Shown here piece by piece: positions 50,001 to 61,638 of a DNA stretch of 64,000 nt. Position 1 is the stretch's first letter, and every line of letters starts with the position of its first letter. The stretch spans positions 248,001-312,000 of the forward strand of contig CM039002.1 in the NCBI GenBank assembly GCA_017499595.2, given 5' to 3'. The position numbers and the translations under genes were made by a program. The notes under the pieces were generated by a model. That model was given only the letters and a program-made list of their open reading frames with translations. It searched no databases and had not been told where the DNA came from. The stretch comes from Psilocybe cubensis (Eukaryota).

Positions 50001-50213
50001 TGTGCTTGAAAACACTTGTGTGGCACTGCGTCTCGGTGTTCCTGATCACCTATTGGCTCGCGATTATGAATCATTTATGGCCATGTTTAACCGTCAACTC
50101 GACTTGCTCGACCACGGACACTCCGCTTCTCAGAAACTTGTTGAAGAGATAGAGAATGCAGCCACAACATCCAATATTAAGTGGCCAACTGCTATACTAT
50201 TTAGGCTTGGACT
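47073..50213. repeat. Segmental duplication, copy 2
   Basis: Matches 35976-39328 but lacks ~250 bp present at ~37911-38160 in copy 1. Confidence 0.92.
47127..48444 (-). CDS. MYND-type zinc-finger protein, copy 2 (small deletion near 47305; may be defective)
   Basis: Near-identical to 36043-37375. Confidence 0.55.
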
Positions 50214-51647
50214 TATGATCGGACATGACCTCCTTCCCGAGAAACTGCGCAATCAATATCAACTCAAAGCTTTGAGGTCCCCGTGGCAGCGTTGTTTACA
50301 GAAAATTGTCATTTCTGTTCTCTGGCTGGTGTATCCGGTTCTTATGTGGCTACCGTTGCGAGGTGTAATCACGCTCCTGCTAGTTCTGGAACCCTCTACG
50401 AGATCGATATTTATGGTGAGAACGCTTGTTCTTTTTTTTTTTTTACGGAACGCGACTGAAGATGAACAGTCCTCTTTACAAGCGATACATTCCATGGACA
50501 CTATGAACAACTTGCCAATATTCCACGGGACCCCTGACCCAGCTTCTATCCTTGCGTCTTCCTCGTATCTTCAGTGGCTAGACTCCGGAAAAGATGGCCG
50601 ACCTTTCCTTCAAGTTATCCTTGTACGAATACTCGAAGTCCAACTGATGTCTGCACACGCAGCTCAATATTCCTGGTGGCCTATCATGGGGAGTCTGTAT
50701 CCTTGGTTAATGCTTCCCGGAATACTAGCTTGGGAGTCGATGGCCAGCCTTTATCGAACAACAAAAGGGTTTATGGAATCATTTAGAACGAAATTTAAGG
50801 AAAGCACAACGTTTAAGGGGAACCAAATCAAGTTACCTCAGCATGGTAAGCGACCTAAATGTATTTCACGAAACTTTGACTCACAGGTTTGTCATCGTAA
50901 GTTGGTTTTATCCTAGATGGAAACCGGCGGTTCGCTAGAATGCTCGGAACATCGATTGACTATGGTCATTACTGTGGGGGACAGACGGCTATTAACCTTG
51001 TGGTGTGGTGGATACGATACCTGCAAAACACCACCCTAAACAGTCACCCGGGACCACGGTATCTGACCTTTTGGGCGTTCTCAGCAGAAAATATGAGGCG
51101 TCCGCCGGGAGAGGTAGACGGCATATTCCGACTCCTGTCAAACGAGTTCAGAACCTTCGCGTTCACCTCAATCGTCCATTTATTTCAAATTCGTATGAGG
51201 ATCATTGGGGACTTGACAGGATATCCACGCGAACTCTTAGACTCCGTGAAATTGTTGGAAGAATCGACGTCGAAATACGATCGGCTATTTTTACAGATTG
51301 CGGTTGGATATGGAGGCCGCGATGAAATTGTTCAATCAGTAAATCTTTTGCAGGCTCAAGGAAAGGCGGTGACCGAGGCTGGTATCAGCGCTGGTACATA
51401 CTGCGCTCAAGCTGGTATTCCTCCCGTGGACTTAATAGTGAGGACGTCAGAGAAAAGGTGTGTACGAAGGGTTTACATGTTGGTCTGACGCTGATAAATC
51501 AGTTTAAGAACAAGCGGGTTCCTCCTGTGGGATACAAAAGCAGCCGAGCTACATTTTATTGACAAGCTGTGGCCACAGCTTACGGTGAACGACTGGCTCG
51601 ATGTGTTATCTAGTTACTCCAAAAGAGAAATCCGAGGTGGGAAATAG
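49177..51647 (+). CDS. MpaB/Lcp-like (DUF2236) oxygenase + cis-prenyltransferase fusion, copy C, apparently intact
   Basis: Exons join in frame through canonical introns: ILE-AHHPSISVA-VQTHSEFYSRPLTRLLKT...WMHRNIHG...LPQH-VGFILDGNRRFA...FSAENMRR...GYGGRDEI...PPVDLIVRTSEK-RTSGFLLWD...DKLWP...KREIRGGK*. Confidence 0.82.
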
Positions 51648-52229
51648 ACACCCACGCTCTTCGAAGAGTTAGAAGGCAGTTTCAACGCGGTGATAAATTA
51701 TGAGCGGTATGCTTCCTTGCATGTTCAACATTGGTTACAATTCCACATGAATGATAACCTACCAGCATGCGCAGTCCGACGCTTCTGGCAGGAAGAAGCC
51801 ATTCTAGCCTCTCCATTTATTTCATCTTATCAGTTACAGCAGTCACACTTTTAGCGTATTAAATAAATCATACATAGCAAACGATTCTGCTGGTAGCAAT
51901 CCAGATGGTTATGTATCAGGTTCTTCATCTTCTTTCTTCTTCATATAATCGGAATAGCCGTGTGACCTTTCATTTGACTCTGACCAACCTCGGGTTATCT
52001 GTCTGTTTCACGAAGGGATTATTTCTCACAAATTCCAGCTGATGCCTTATTCGCCAAAGGTCGCCATCTGCCAATCTATATCAGAAATATGCACAACGTA
52101 AAAACCACGTGCATGCCGCCAATTTTAGCCATCAGGAGTAATCTAGCTGTAACCAAACTTATCAACGTCTATCTTCAACCTATCTTCAAGAACACATTAG
52201 CACTCGTCGCGCATTCACGCATAACAATC

Positions 52230-53509
52230 ATGCCTTCGGATAAACTGAACCGAGTGCAAACAGACCTGACAAGGTTGCTCAGTACGTCGCCGTGCCTTAG
52301 TACCATTCGATCTAATGCAAATGTTCCAAAACCTTTGGACTTAAGACGTTGATAGTCCCATAATCCTTGCACCAATGGCACTGGCAAACACCGAAAACCT
52401 GGCATGCGCTGTGAGCGCCACAGGCGCATTTGGCTTCATGGGGGCAGGTGCGGTGATGCAGCCTCAGATGTCATGAACTTCAGTGATATTATGCTAATGT
52501 TTGGTATTCTGATAAAGGGTTTCTTTCTCCATCCGATTTAAGGCAAAAGCTATCCATGATCCGACAGACACTTCAAGTAGGCGTAGATAAGCCAATTCCA
52601 GTAGGGGTAGGGTTCATCGGCTGGGTACTCGAGAAAACAGAAGAGTCTGAAGACCCCAGAATAAGAGCAGTGCTGGAGGAGAAAGTCGCTGCTATATGGC
52701 TTGCATTTGGTACAAAACTCGGGAGTTACGTGGAGCAGATTCGGGCGTATGATTCCCAAAGGGAGCATAAGACAGTGATCTTTACTATTGTTAACTCTGT
52801 GGAAGAAGCTCTCCGCGCCACAAACGAATGGAAAGTGGATGTCCTTGTTGCTCAAGGTATGTCAATCGGATATGGAGGAAACCCTACTAATCCTGAAGAC
52901 AACAGGTATTGAATCTGGAGGACATGGTGGCTCTGAGGCACCACCGTTGCTCACGCTTCTGCAGGCTGTGATTGATGTTCTTCCCAACGATGGTCCCTTG
53001 GTTGTCGCCGCTGGAGGGGTATCTACCGGGAAGCAAATTGCTGCGCTCCTTACCATGGGGGCATCAGGTGTCGTACTCGGGACCCGGTTTCTGTTTACAG
53101 ATGAGTGCGGTTATACGGATGCTAAAAAAGAAGTTCTTATACAGGCGGGAATCAATTCTACTGTCAGAGGCATGGCGTTTGACGAGGTTGGCCGTACTAT
53201 GGGCTGGCCACCAAAGCAGGATGGACGTGCAGTATCCAATAATATTATAAAAGACGTAGAAGAAGGCTTGGATCTTGATGCGCGCCTCCGATTATTTGAT
53301 GATAGTGCCAAAACCGGAGATACCTCGCGCCTTGTCGTATGGGCTGGCGTAGGAGTGGCCCTCACAAATACGATTACTCCTGCTGCTGTAAGTTCTAACA
53401 TTAGATCACACAATCTTAATACTCAAGGTCCGATCAGGATGTAGTTCGACAGTTAAGCGCAGAGATGTATAGTAGTCTTCAAAGGGCTTCATCACTGCTT
53501 AGTGCGTAG
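52230..53509 (+). CDS. Nitronate monooxygenase / 2-nitropropane dioxygenase family FMN oxidoreductase
   Basis: PIILAPMA; VDVLVAQG-IESGGHG; VVAAGGVSTGKQIAALLTMGASGVVLGTRFL; VVWAGVGV. Confidence 0.9.
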
Positions 53510-54096
53510 CAGTAACGTGGATTCCGCTATCGGCGGATATGCGTCAAAACCATGATAAAAAACACAAATTCTATTAATGACAATGGACAGCGGATGTATA
53601 TAGTATGGGGAACAACTCTTTCTACATCCATGTCTACAGAAAATTGGTTTGAAAATATCTCTGAAGTTGATGAACAAATTTCAAGCGGATACGACGTGCA
53701 AGCTCTAAGTATAGTCTATCTGAGTTAGATCAGCTGGATAGAGAAGCGGACAAGCACGGTGACCTGATTGCGAATTGTAAAAGAAGTTTAAGCTCTTTGC
53801 ATCAATCTACCGCCAACATATAGATTTAGTTCCAAATTTGGGCCATTTATCCTGTGCCCCCACAGCGGCGCTATGTCTGTTGAGTCGTGATCTATTATTA
53901 TTTACAAAAGCGCCGGAATCATGAGCTGTATAAGGACTGGCCACGATTATTTTGCTTCGAGCGACGCTTCCCTTCTCTGACACAACTGTCATCAGATAAA
54001 ACACCCTGTTAATAGCTCTAGCGCGGGAACTGATGATCAGGTCAGTATAATTACTGGAAAGATACGGATTCTTTCTACAAGGTCCCCAAATTCAAT

Positions 54097-55411
54097 ATGG
54101 CTGGCCAACTGTCGCTCGAAAAAACGTTTCTCCTCGCAGCATGGATAGAGGTGAGATCTGGCCTGTTAAATTATGAATATCATGTGTTGACCTACCTATG
54201 ATTCATCAGGGCATTTTATACGGTAAGCTATTGTTTAAATGCCTTCATGTTATCCCTATGTTGACCTCATATCAGGATTCCTATGCTGTATATTTGGTGC
54301 TACAATGTATATCTACTTTTCGTCGATGTACAGTCGAATCGGATCCAGGCGTGATCGACACACAACGGTACACCAAAGAATTGACTGTGATGCTGATGAG
54401 CTCTAACAATATATATTGATATAGGGCATGATTATAATCTCAGCTATCATGTTTTTCATTGCCTCATTTCATTTGGTCATGAACGGGTTTCGCCTTCTGC
54501 GCGGGTATGCTGATGAGCGACTGGCCCCGGGTGGGCCAGTGGGTTATCTTGGAGTCCTAAGAAAATGGGATCACATTTTAAAGGATACTTTGTACGCTAC
54601 ACAGGAGAACCTTGGGAGTGCTGCGGCGGTACATTCTCTATCTTCTCTATTTGAAATCGGCATTTAAACCTCCTATTTCTTAGATTTACAGATGTTGGGT
54701 TCTTTGGAATTTTGATTGGAGAATCATAGCTCTCCCCACTATTCTGCTTTTTACCAATATTGGTACGGTTCACATTTTGTAGCATTAAAATCCCAAGTTT
54801 CTAATTTGAATTTGAAAAGCTGCTGGGTATGTCGTTTGCGGCACATATCCCTCCATCGACCCCACAGCTTCGATATTCAACCCGGTTCTGCTTCAATGGA
54901 TCAAGACCTTTTATTCCATTGCAGTAGTGCTAAATGTGATGACGACCGGTCTCATGAGTTATCGGATTTGGATTGCGCACAAGAATTCTGCAAGTTATAT
55001 TGTCGGAAAAGGAAGATTAATTTCTATTATTCGAATCCTAATCGAGTCAGCTGCACTTCAGCTCATTGTAGAAGTTGTGTTGCTCGCACTTTATACTGCC
55101 AACCTTAACGCCCAGTACATTCTATTAGAATGTGTCACACCTACGGTGGTGCGTACATGCTGTCATCTTTCAACATCATATTGTCTAATATATAGAGATT
55201 TCAGGCTATAACATTCAATACAATCACGTTGCGTATAAAGCTACAGTCTGAAGCTATGGCCAGGTCTAGATCAATGGGTTATACGGATCCCAGTAACGCG
55301 GTTCAAACTATTGGAAGTCTCCCCATGAAGCGACTTCGTGTTAATATTAATCGAGAGACTGATCAAGACACCTCAGAAGCCTCTTATGATGATAAGACCA
55401 ATGCGGTTTAG
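54097..55411 (+). CDS. Agaricomycete 7-TM-like integral membrane protein
   Basis: MAGQLSLEKTFLLAAWIE; hydrophobic exons; YRCW; LNVMTTGLMSYRIW; RILIESAAL; GITFNTITLRI. Confidence 0.75.
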
Positions 55412-55733
55412 AGTATTATTTATTAGAGTGTTTGTTTTTATATGATTCCTAGTAAAAATTTATAATTTTTATTTCAACTTCAATTTCTTATACTTTGACT
55501 GTTCAGCTTCATGTATACCTCTTTATCTCATTACTTACGCATCAAACTGTGTTTTTGTGTTTTACCCCATTTTGGGCTCATCGCTTTCGCGCCAGGAAAA
55601 TGACGCGTACCGTGAGATACGTGCACGTGATGAGAAAAAAAAAGTCCACTCAGATCGAGCAAGCAACACGTAGGCGCTGACACATCATGAATTTGACCTA
55701 TCTTCTAGGTGCGTAATACCACACACAGACGAG

Positions 55734-57049
55734 TTACATTGAGTTTGAGAACATTGAAATGCTGCTGCGCGTGTTTCCAGATCCATCGACAAGAAGATTG
55801 TCCTGCAAAATGTTTGATTCAAAGATCCATGTTTAGAACGCGAGAACGACTTACGGAGCACCCTGACCCAAGGTTCGCGTTTCCAATCCAACCCGGCTCC
55901 CAGTACACAATTCCAAGACCATGTCCCCCTGGTAAGCTGGAAACAACATCTCTTATTTTGGATACCCACTGCAACTGGCCCGCGGCAGAAATTGGGGAGG
56001 AGTCGCTCAACTGGACCCCTGAACAGGAAAATGGCCAGTCTGTCTCGACGACCATAACATCCTATCGACTAGGGATACAGTCGATTACGGGTAATGATTC
56101 GAAGTCTATCTTACCTTTCCGTATCTATTGATTATATTGGTCAAGCTGGATTTCAGAGCGCTAGTGGTCGCACTGGTTCCGTAGAATGGGTAGAATGAGA
56201 ATCCCATGACGTCAACGTCCTCAGGTGCCAATTGTCCCGGAATAAATATTTGGTTATAGAAGGAAGCGACAGCGTTAGAATTCCAGCCATTAGCTAGGTG
56301 AATCATGACCTTGGTAGAAGCAGAGGCTGCACGAACACCGTTTGCCGCGGAATGGAGAAGTTGTGACAGAGGAGAATATCCTTTAGACGAAATCTGGCCA
56401 ACTGGAAAGAGTATTCCACTATTTACTTCGTTTCCGATCTGATAATCAGGTAAGACGGAAGTCACTGAAATTTTCAAAGAGGTACAGACTTCAATGAATT
56501 TAATCGGGGTTCCTTGAGACGAAAAAGATTGGACAACATTCTTGGTATATCTAAGCGTAATTCAACATCGCAGGGAAATATTCCATTAAAATCAGACATA
56601 CGTATAAATTTGTGTATTTAGGCCGTTTAGATCCTTTGGCCATGAGCTGGGAATTGCTTGTTTTCCTGGATCTGCCCCTGATATCATTGAATTTTATAGT
56701 AGTACCGCAGCCATGACACAACTAAGTAGTTCTGCTTACATGTGTCACTGTAGTGCAGATCGACATAAATCTCCAACCCTGCCGCTGCTGCACGTTTTGC
56801 CAGGGCTAGGCCGTAGTTGAGACTGTACTCTCCGTCGTTATTGCTGGTCCAAATTCGGATGCGAGCGAGGTTGGCACCGTGGTTTTTTAGGATATTTTCA
56901 AAATTCAAAGTTTGGCCGTTGTCCTTGTAGGTACGTCCGGCTCTTTCAAGGTTAACGAGGGAGCTAAAATCAGCACCTCTATATTGGAGGGCTGATCCAA
57001 GTGAAACAAGACAGGTAAGGAAGAAAATTGTTGGATTGATGAAGCGCAT
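55734..57049 (-). CDS. Glycoside hydrolase family 53 endo-beta-1,4-galactanase
   Basis: Signal peptide; LQYRGADFSSL; VDLHYSDTWADPGKQ; IGNEVNSG; GFSFYPFY; VVETDWP; GIVYWEPGW. Confidence 0.92.
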
Positions 57050-57742
57050 TTGTCAATTTTAAAAAGCAATACACTCGTAGTTACCTTATATACCATACGT
57101 TGAGGAGCACTCTTGAAATCACATCACATTCAACGCGAACTAAGACTCATACTTCCGAAATAATTGCCTTATTTATCACCGAGATAGTAGCTTCGGGCTA
57201 TTGCCGGTAAAAATAGTACTGTCATTACTTACAACGACCATGTACTTTATCTGCTGTTCTTTCTTTAAATAATCTTGCTGCCGGCAAATTACTTCTTATA
57301 ACTCGACTTACCCGCTAATAATTTGTCCAACAAGCTGATATCTCTCTATACTATGGTGTACGCGCGTGTTGAGCGAGATGAGCGAGAACGAAGGCTTTAA
57401 TCCGAGCCGGATATACCCTGGATACTGTGCCTTCTTTGAGGTGAATGTAAATTCTTGTCAAGATTTTTTTGCAATGCCAAGAAACGAAAGTCAATGCATT
57501 TTCTTTCCATGAAAGCAATACGAAAGAGATGATTTCTCCCACCGGGATCACGATCATGGCAGAGAAAGTGTTTCTGTGATTATGGTCTGGAAGGAAGAGC
57601 AAAATACAAATCGTGAAAAATATAACACCGAACGTTCATTTGCCTTCATTTGTCCCATGTGATATCATATATGCTTTAAACTCCCAGTCTCAGAGATCGA
57701 TTTTTCAGTTAATGAATCCGTTGCAGTAGGTCTACATTTGAT

Positions 57743-58479
57743 TTAAGATGCAAAGATTTCAATAGCCGTCACGTAATCTTTGTGAATTTGATCACGAATG
57801 GTGGTGAACGACGGTACAAAGGTGGTCTGAAGTGACCAGTTAGAATATTCACCAATAGAAGGAGAAAATGAGTATACAAACGCACAGGAACATTCAGTAT
57901 CAAGGAGTTTGCAAAGGCAGAAGAGTCGGTATCAAGAGTTTTGAGATCAAGCTCAACAAGCTGTATGATTCCGCCAACTTTAAGGGCAGCCAGGGAGTCT
58001 TTCCTGTTTTCTATTGTTGTTAACGTGGTTTCAACCAGCGGTTCAATCTTCTTAATGGCGTCCAAAATAGCCGGAGCATCTGCTGAACTAATCGCACCAT
58101 TTGCCTAGTTTTGAACAACGTCGTAAATAAGCAGAGATATGTCGACGACAAAGAGTTCAATTACTCACGGTAATATCCGCAGTGCCCTTTTTGATGGATG
58201 TGTCGAGTGCCCGAGCAAGGGTGTCAACACTCTTCATAGTATACAATATCAGATAAAAGACTGTAAGCCTGGTAATATTACTCATAGACTCACCACAGCC
58301 TCTTGGAGAGTGCCATTTTCCTGAGGGAATTGGTCGATAGCGTTATGCAACGCAGAGAGCTTGGTGGATATATCATTTATGTCGCTCACAATCTGGACGG
58401 TTGTGCGTTTGATGGGCGTGGTTAAGGCTGCAGTCGCTAGAGACAATAAAAGCACAAAAGGAGTTGTAAGCTGGACCAT
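57743..58479 (-). CDS. Hydrophobic surface binding protein A (HsbA)-like secreted protein
   Basis: Signal peptide followed by TPIKR; amphipathic helices IVSDINDISTKLSALHNAI, IKKIEPLVETTLTTI, DLKTLDTDSSAFANSLI. Confidence 0.75.
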
Positions 58480-58815
58480 GATTTGAACTTGGATGTTGAA
58501 ACGAGAGAAATTGAGCTGGGAGAATAGCCTCCGTCCCCTCCACACTTTATACTGCTTCAAAATTCGATAAACCTATAATATATCAACATTAGAATCATCC
58601 TATAGAAGGATTTGGACGTTGAAAAGCCATGACACCCATGCCCTGGTGCCATCTCATATAGTATAAGGCGAAACTTAACGAGCGACAGAATGGACGTGTC
58701 GAACAGCAGTAAAATGATCACATATAGGTATAAACTGACTGTATGTGATATCTGCAGTACAAATCTGAGATGTAAATTGCATCAAAAACGTCAGCTGAAC
58801 CAGCGTTGCCCCACA

Positions 58816-60165
58816 TTACTTGTGCTTTCTTTTCTGTTCTTTCTTTTTTTCGCGCTCAAGGCGCCTCCTCTCATTACGGTTCATGGGTGGGCCCTCAATT
58901 TGGTGTTCCTCGCCTATCGTACGTTGTCGAAGCATCGCGTGCTCGGCTACGAATTCTGCCGAATGACGGATGTATACGTGTTCGCGATCCATCTTCACCT
59001 TCAGCGCTCGTGTAGCATACGAGTCTACCTTCCTTCCGAGATTTCTGATCAGCTCCTTGTCCACGTTACGCATTGGAGCTCGAAGAAGAAGACGGTTCTT
59101 ATGATCCGAGCGAATGTGGGTATTGATGTACCTATGAAGTTCAACATTAATGGAAATCAGTTTACAAATGATAGAGAGGTTACTCGAAGCAAGAAGCGAT
59201 GCTCAATGGCTTCTTAGTTTCCTTGCCTGTGATAGCTGACTGCATAGTGAAGGGTTCTGCTCTTCGTACCGTTTCAATCGCCTCTTCGCCAACGACAATT
59301 GCACATGTGACAGACTGTTTAAAGTCGTTTACAAACTCAACTAGAACCACGGCTCGATCCTGATCTCCATCTTCGTCCGCAGACATTCGAGCTCTTTTCC
59401 ATACCTCAATATTTATATCGGATAGAGTGCGGAGGCGTTCGCGGATCCCAGGCCACGGGGAGACGAGATCATGCAGCTGAAGCATCCCTTCCATTTCGTC
59501 CTCGTCGTATTCATCAGGGTATGTGTACAAATTCATGTATTGCGCGATCTTGGTCGGCTCAATACCGACGTCGATGTGAACCAACAAAGGCGCACGAATG
59601 CATGTTTCACGCTCGGCAGCGGTCAATTTTCGTAGATCATGCAAATGGAATCGGATGGCCAGACAGACTTGGATGTAGAACTCCAACATTGGGTTGCCTG
59701 TAACAGATTTGATAAGTGGTTGGATGCCCGCTCCCAATTCAGGACTACAGTGAATTTTGTGGTTTGGCCTGATTACTAGATGTATCAGAGAACCAAGAAC
59801 TTCTCAAATGAGCTTCAGCAAGTACCAATGATCCCTTTGGCACTAGTAGCCCCTATTCAGAAACATCGACACAATTTTTTTAAAAAGAGCACGAACATCC
59901 CTAGAGCAATACAATGCGATTGTGCACTAGTGGATATCCTCAGCCAAATCAGACTATTTGCAATGGAGATACTGACAACGTCACATCGTTTGAGCTTTAC
60001 TTCCTCCTCGGCGGTTGAAAATTTGCCACAATTTGTGCAGCACATGGTTATCTCTCTTCTTCCATCCTTGATGACTTGTTTAGGGGGAGCTGTGGCACGG
60101 AACTCAGAAGAGCGCTCAGGATGTACTGCACTGAAGAAGAGCTGGGTGGCACCGCTCGAGTCCAT
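58816..60165 (-). CDS. MYND-type zinc-finger protein (diverged relative of the 36043/47127 genes)
   Basis: CTNC...LKRCDV / C...YCS / C / WPNHKIHC; later INTHIR-like exon with KNRLLLR; Lys/Arg-rich C-terminus. Confidence 0.7.
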
Positions 60166-61013
60166 CCTTTGAATGGATGAAAAAGGTTCCTGAAGATCAT
60201 TCCGATTATCATTATAAGAAAATCACCTCCCCTAAAGTCAGGCTTCCAATATTAGGTCCTTTGACCTCGCCTCGTCCCTCGTCTCGCCCTTGCCTCAGAT
60301 GAGATAGCTTACTACATGAAAAGCAAGTAAATTATGAGGTATTTTGATTGCTAACCACAACTAGACAATTCCAAAGGAGCTCGATCGAAAACAGCAGTTG
60401 CAGCCTGCGACGCTGATGTTGTCGGTATGTTTGTGGGTCTGCCAGCTACATTCACAGAAAACGTCAAACTTTACTCGGCTACACTTCTGTTCTGATGCTA
60501 CTGATCAAGAATAGCATTCCATGATACGACCTAAAGAACTACGATGCAGAACTAAAACTCAGCCACACCCTACCCCGTGGAATGGCTTGCGTAAACGGAA
60601 AAACAGTGTATTTCGTGCTGTCCAACATGGGAACGCAATCTCAGATTAAATCAGTGAAATTGTTCTCAATAATAGTTTAAAAGTGTTGATATTCAGTCTT
60701 TGTGCACTACGTGATGCAACGGTGTGGGTGTGTAACGGCGCGATCACATAGGAACTGTTCCGCACTACGATGCGGGCCTTGGCAAATATAAGTTCGATAT
60801 TCAGTCAAAGCTACAGTACAAATGTCATCATGCTCAAAAGATCCACGTCTCTCGGCAATGAACATACTTATCTCATGTCACCTTCCCGGAGATGGCATCA
60901 ACGATTGATTGAATACTGAATGGGAACGAGCACTAGTACAAATAAACGCGTTAGTGTGTCCACATCTGATATCCTTCCTTGTTCTCTGATTTTATCAACA
61001 AGAACCAAGCTTA

Positions 61014-61605
61014 AGATTGGGCTCATCAGAAACCAGCACCCTTACGTAATCAATGGGCTTGGCGCCAAGAGCGGCCAAAATCCAGCTCGAAAAAAAAATC
61101 AAAAGTTATGTTGACGGAAAATGGTTTCAGACAAAAAGTTTAAAAAAAAAAAATTCATAAATGTGCATATACAATCCTTACTACTAGCCTTTATGCCCAC
61201 AATAATAGAATTACACCTCAGAGGTCAAATTGTAGTCTCTGGAAGTCCATAATGAGTCTGAGAGGTATTACTTAGGCGTGACTTATTGTCACGTGTGGTC
61301 ACGTGTACCATTATATAAGCGGCCAAAAGAACATTGTCAAATTTTCGAAAATCTCCCAAACTCGAGAAAACACCATTTCTGACGTGTTAGACTAAAAAAA
61401 AAGGAAAAAAATTAAAATCTTTATAACTTCTTGAGATCAAAATTTTTTTGAAAAAAAAAACCACAGATGTGTTCAAAGAAGCATAACCTACATATCTGTG
61501 GTTCAAAAATGTAGAATAGTGTGAGTGCAGAAGGGTTGAAAAGGTTCGGAGGTAAGCCAACTTTTGCTTACCTAAGGGGGTGCTGGTTCCTGATGAGCCC
61601 AATCT
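61014..61605. mobile_element. 592-bp MITE with ~50-bp imperfect TIRs and a probable TA TSD (Tc1/mariner-like)
   Basis: TA|AGATTGGGCTCATCAGAAACCAGCACCC at the left end and GGGTGCTGGTTCCTGATGAGCCCAATCT|TA at the right end; poly-A-rich noncoding interior. Confidence 0.8.
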
Positions 61606-61638
61606 TAGATCCAACATTCTTTCTCTCACTTTAACACC

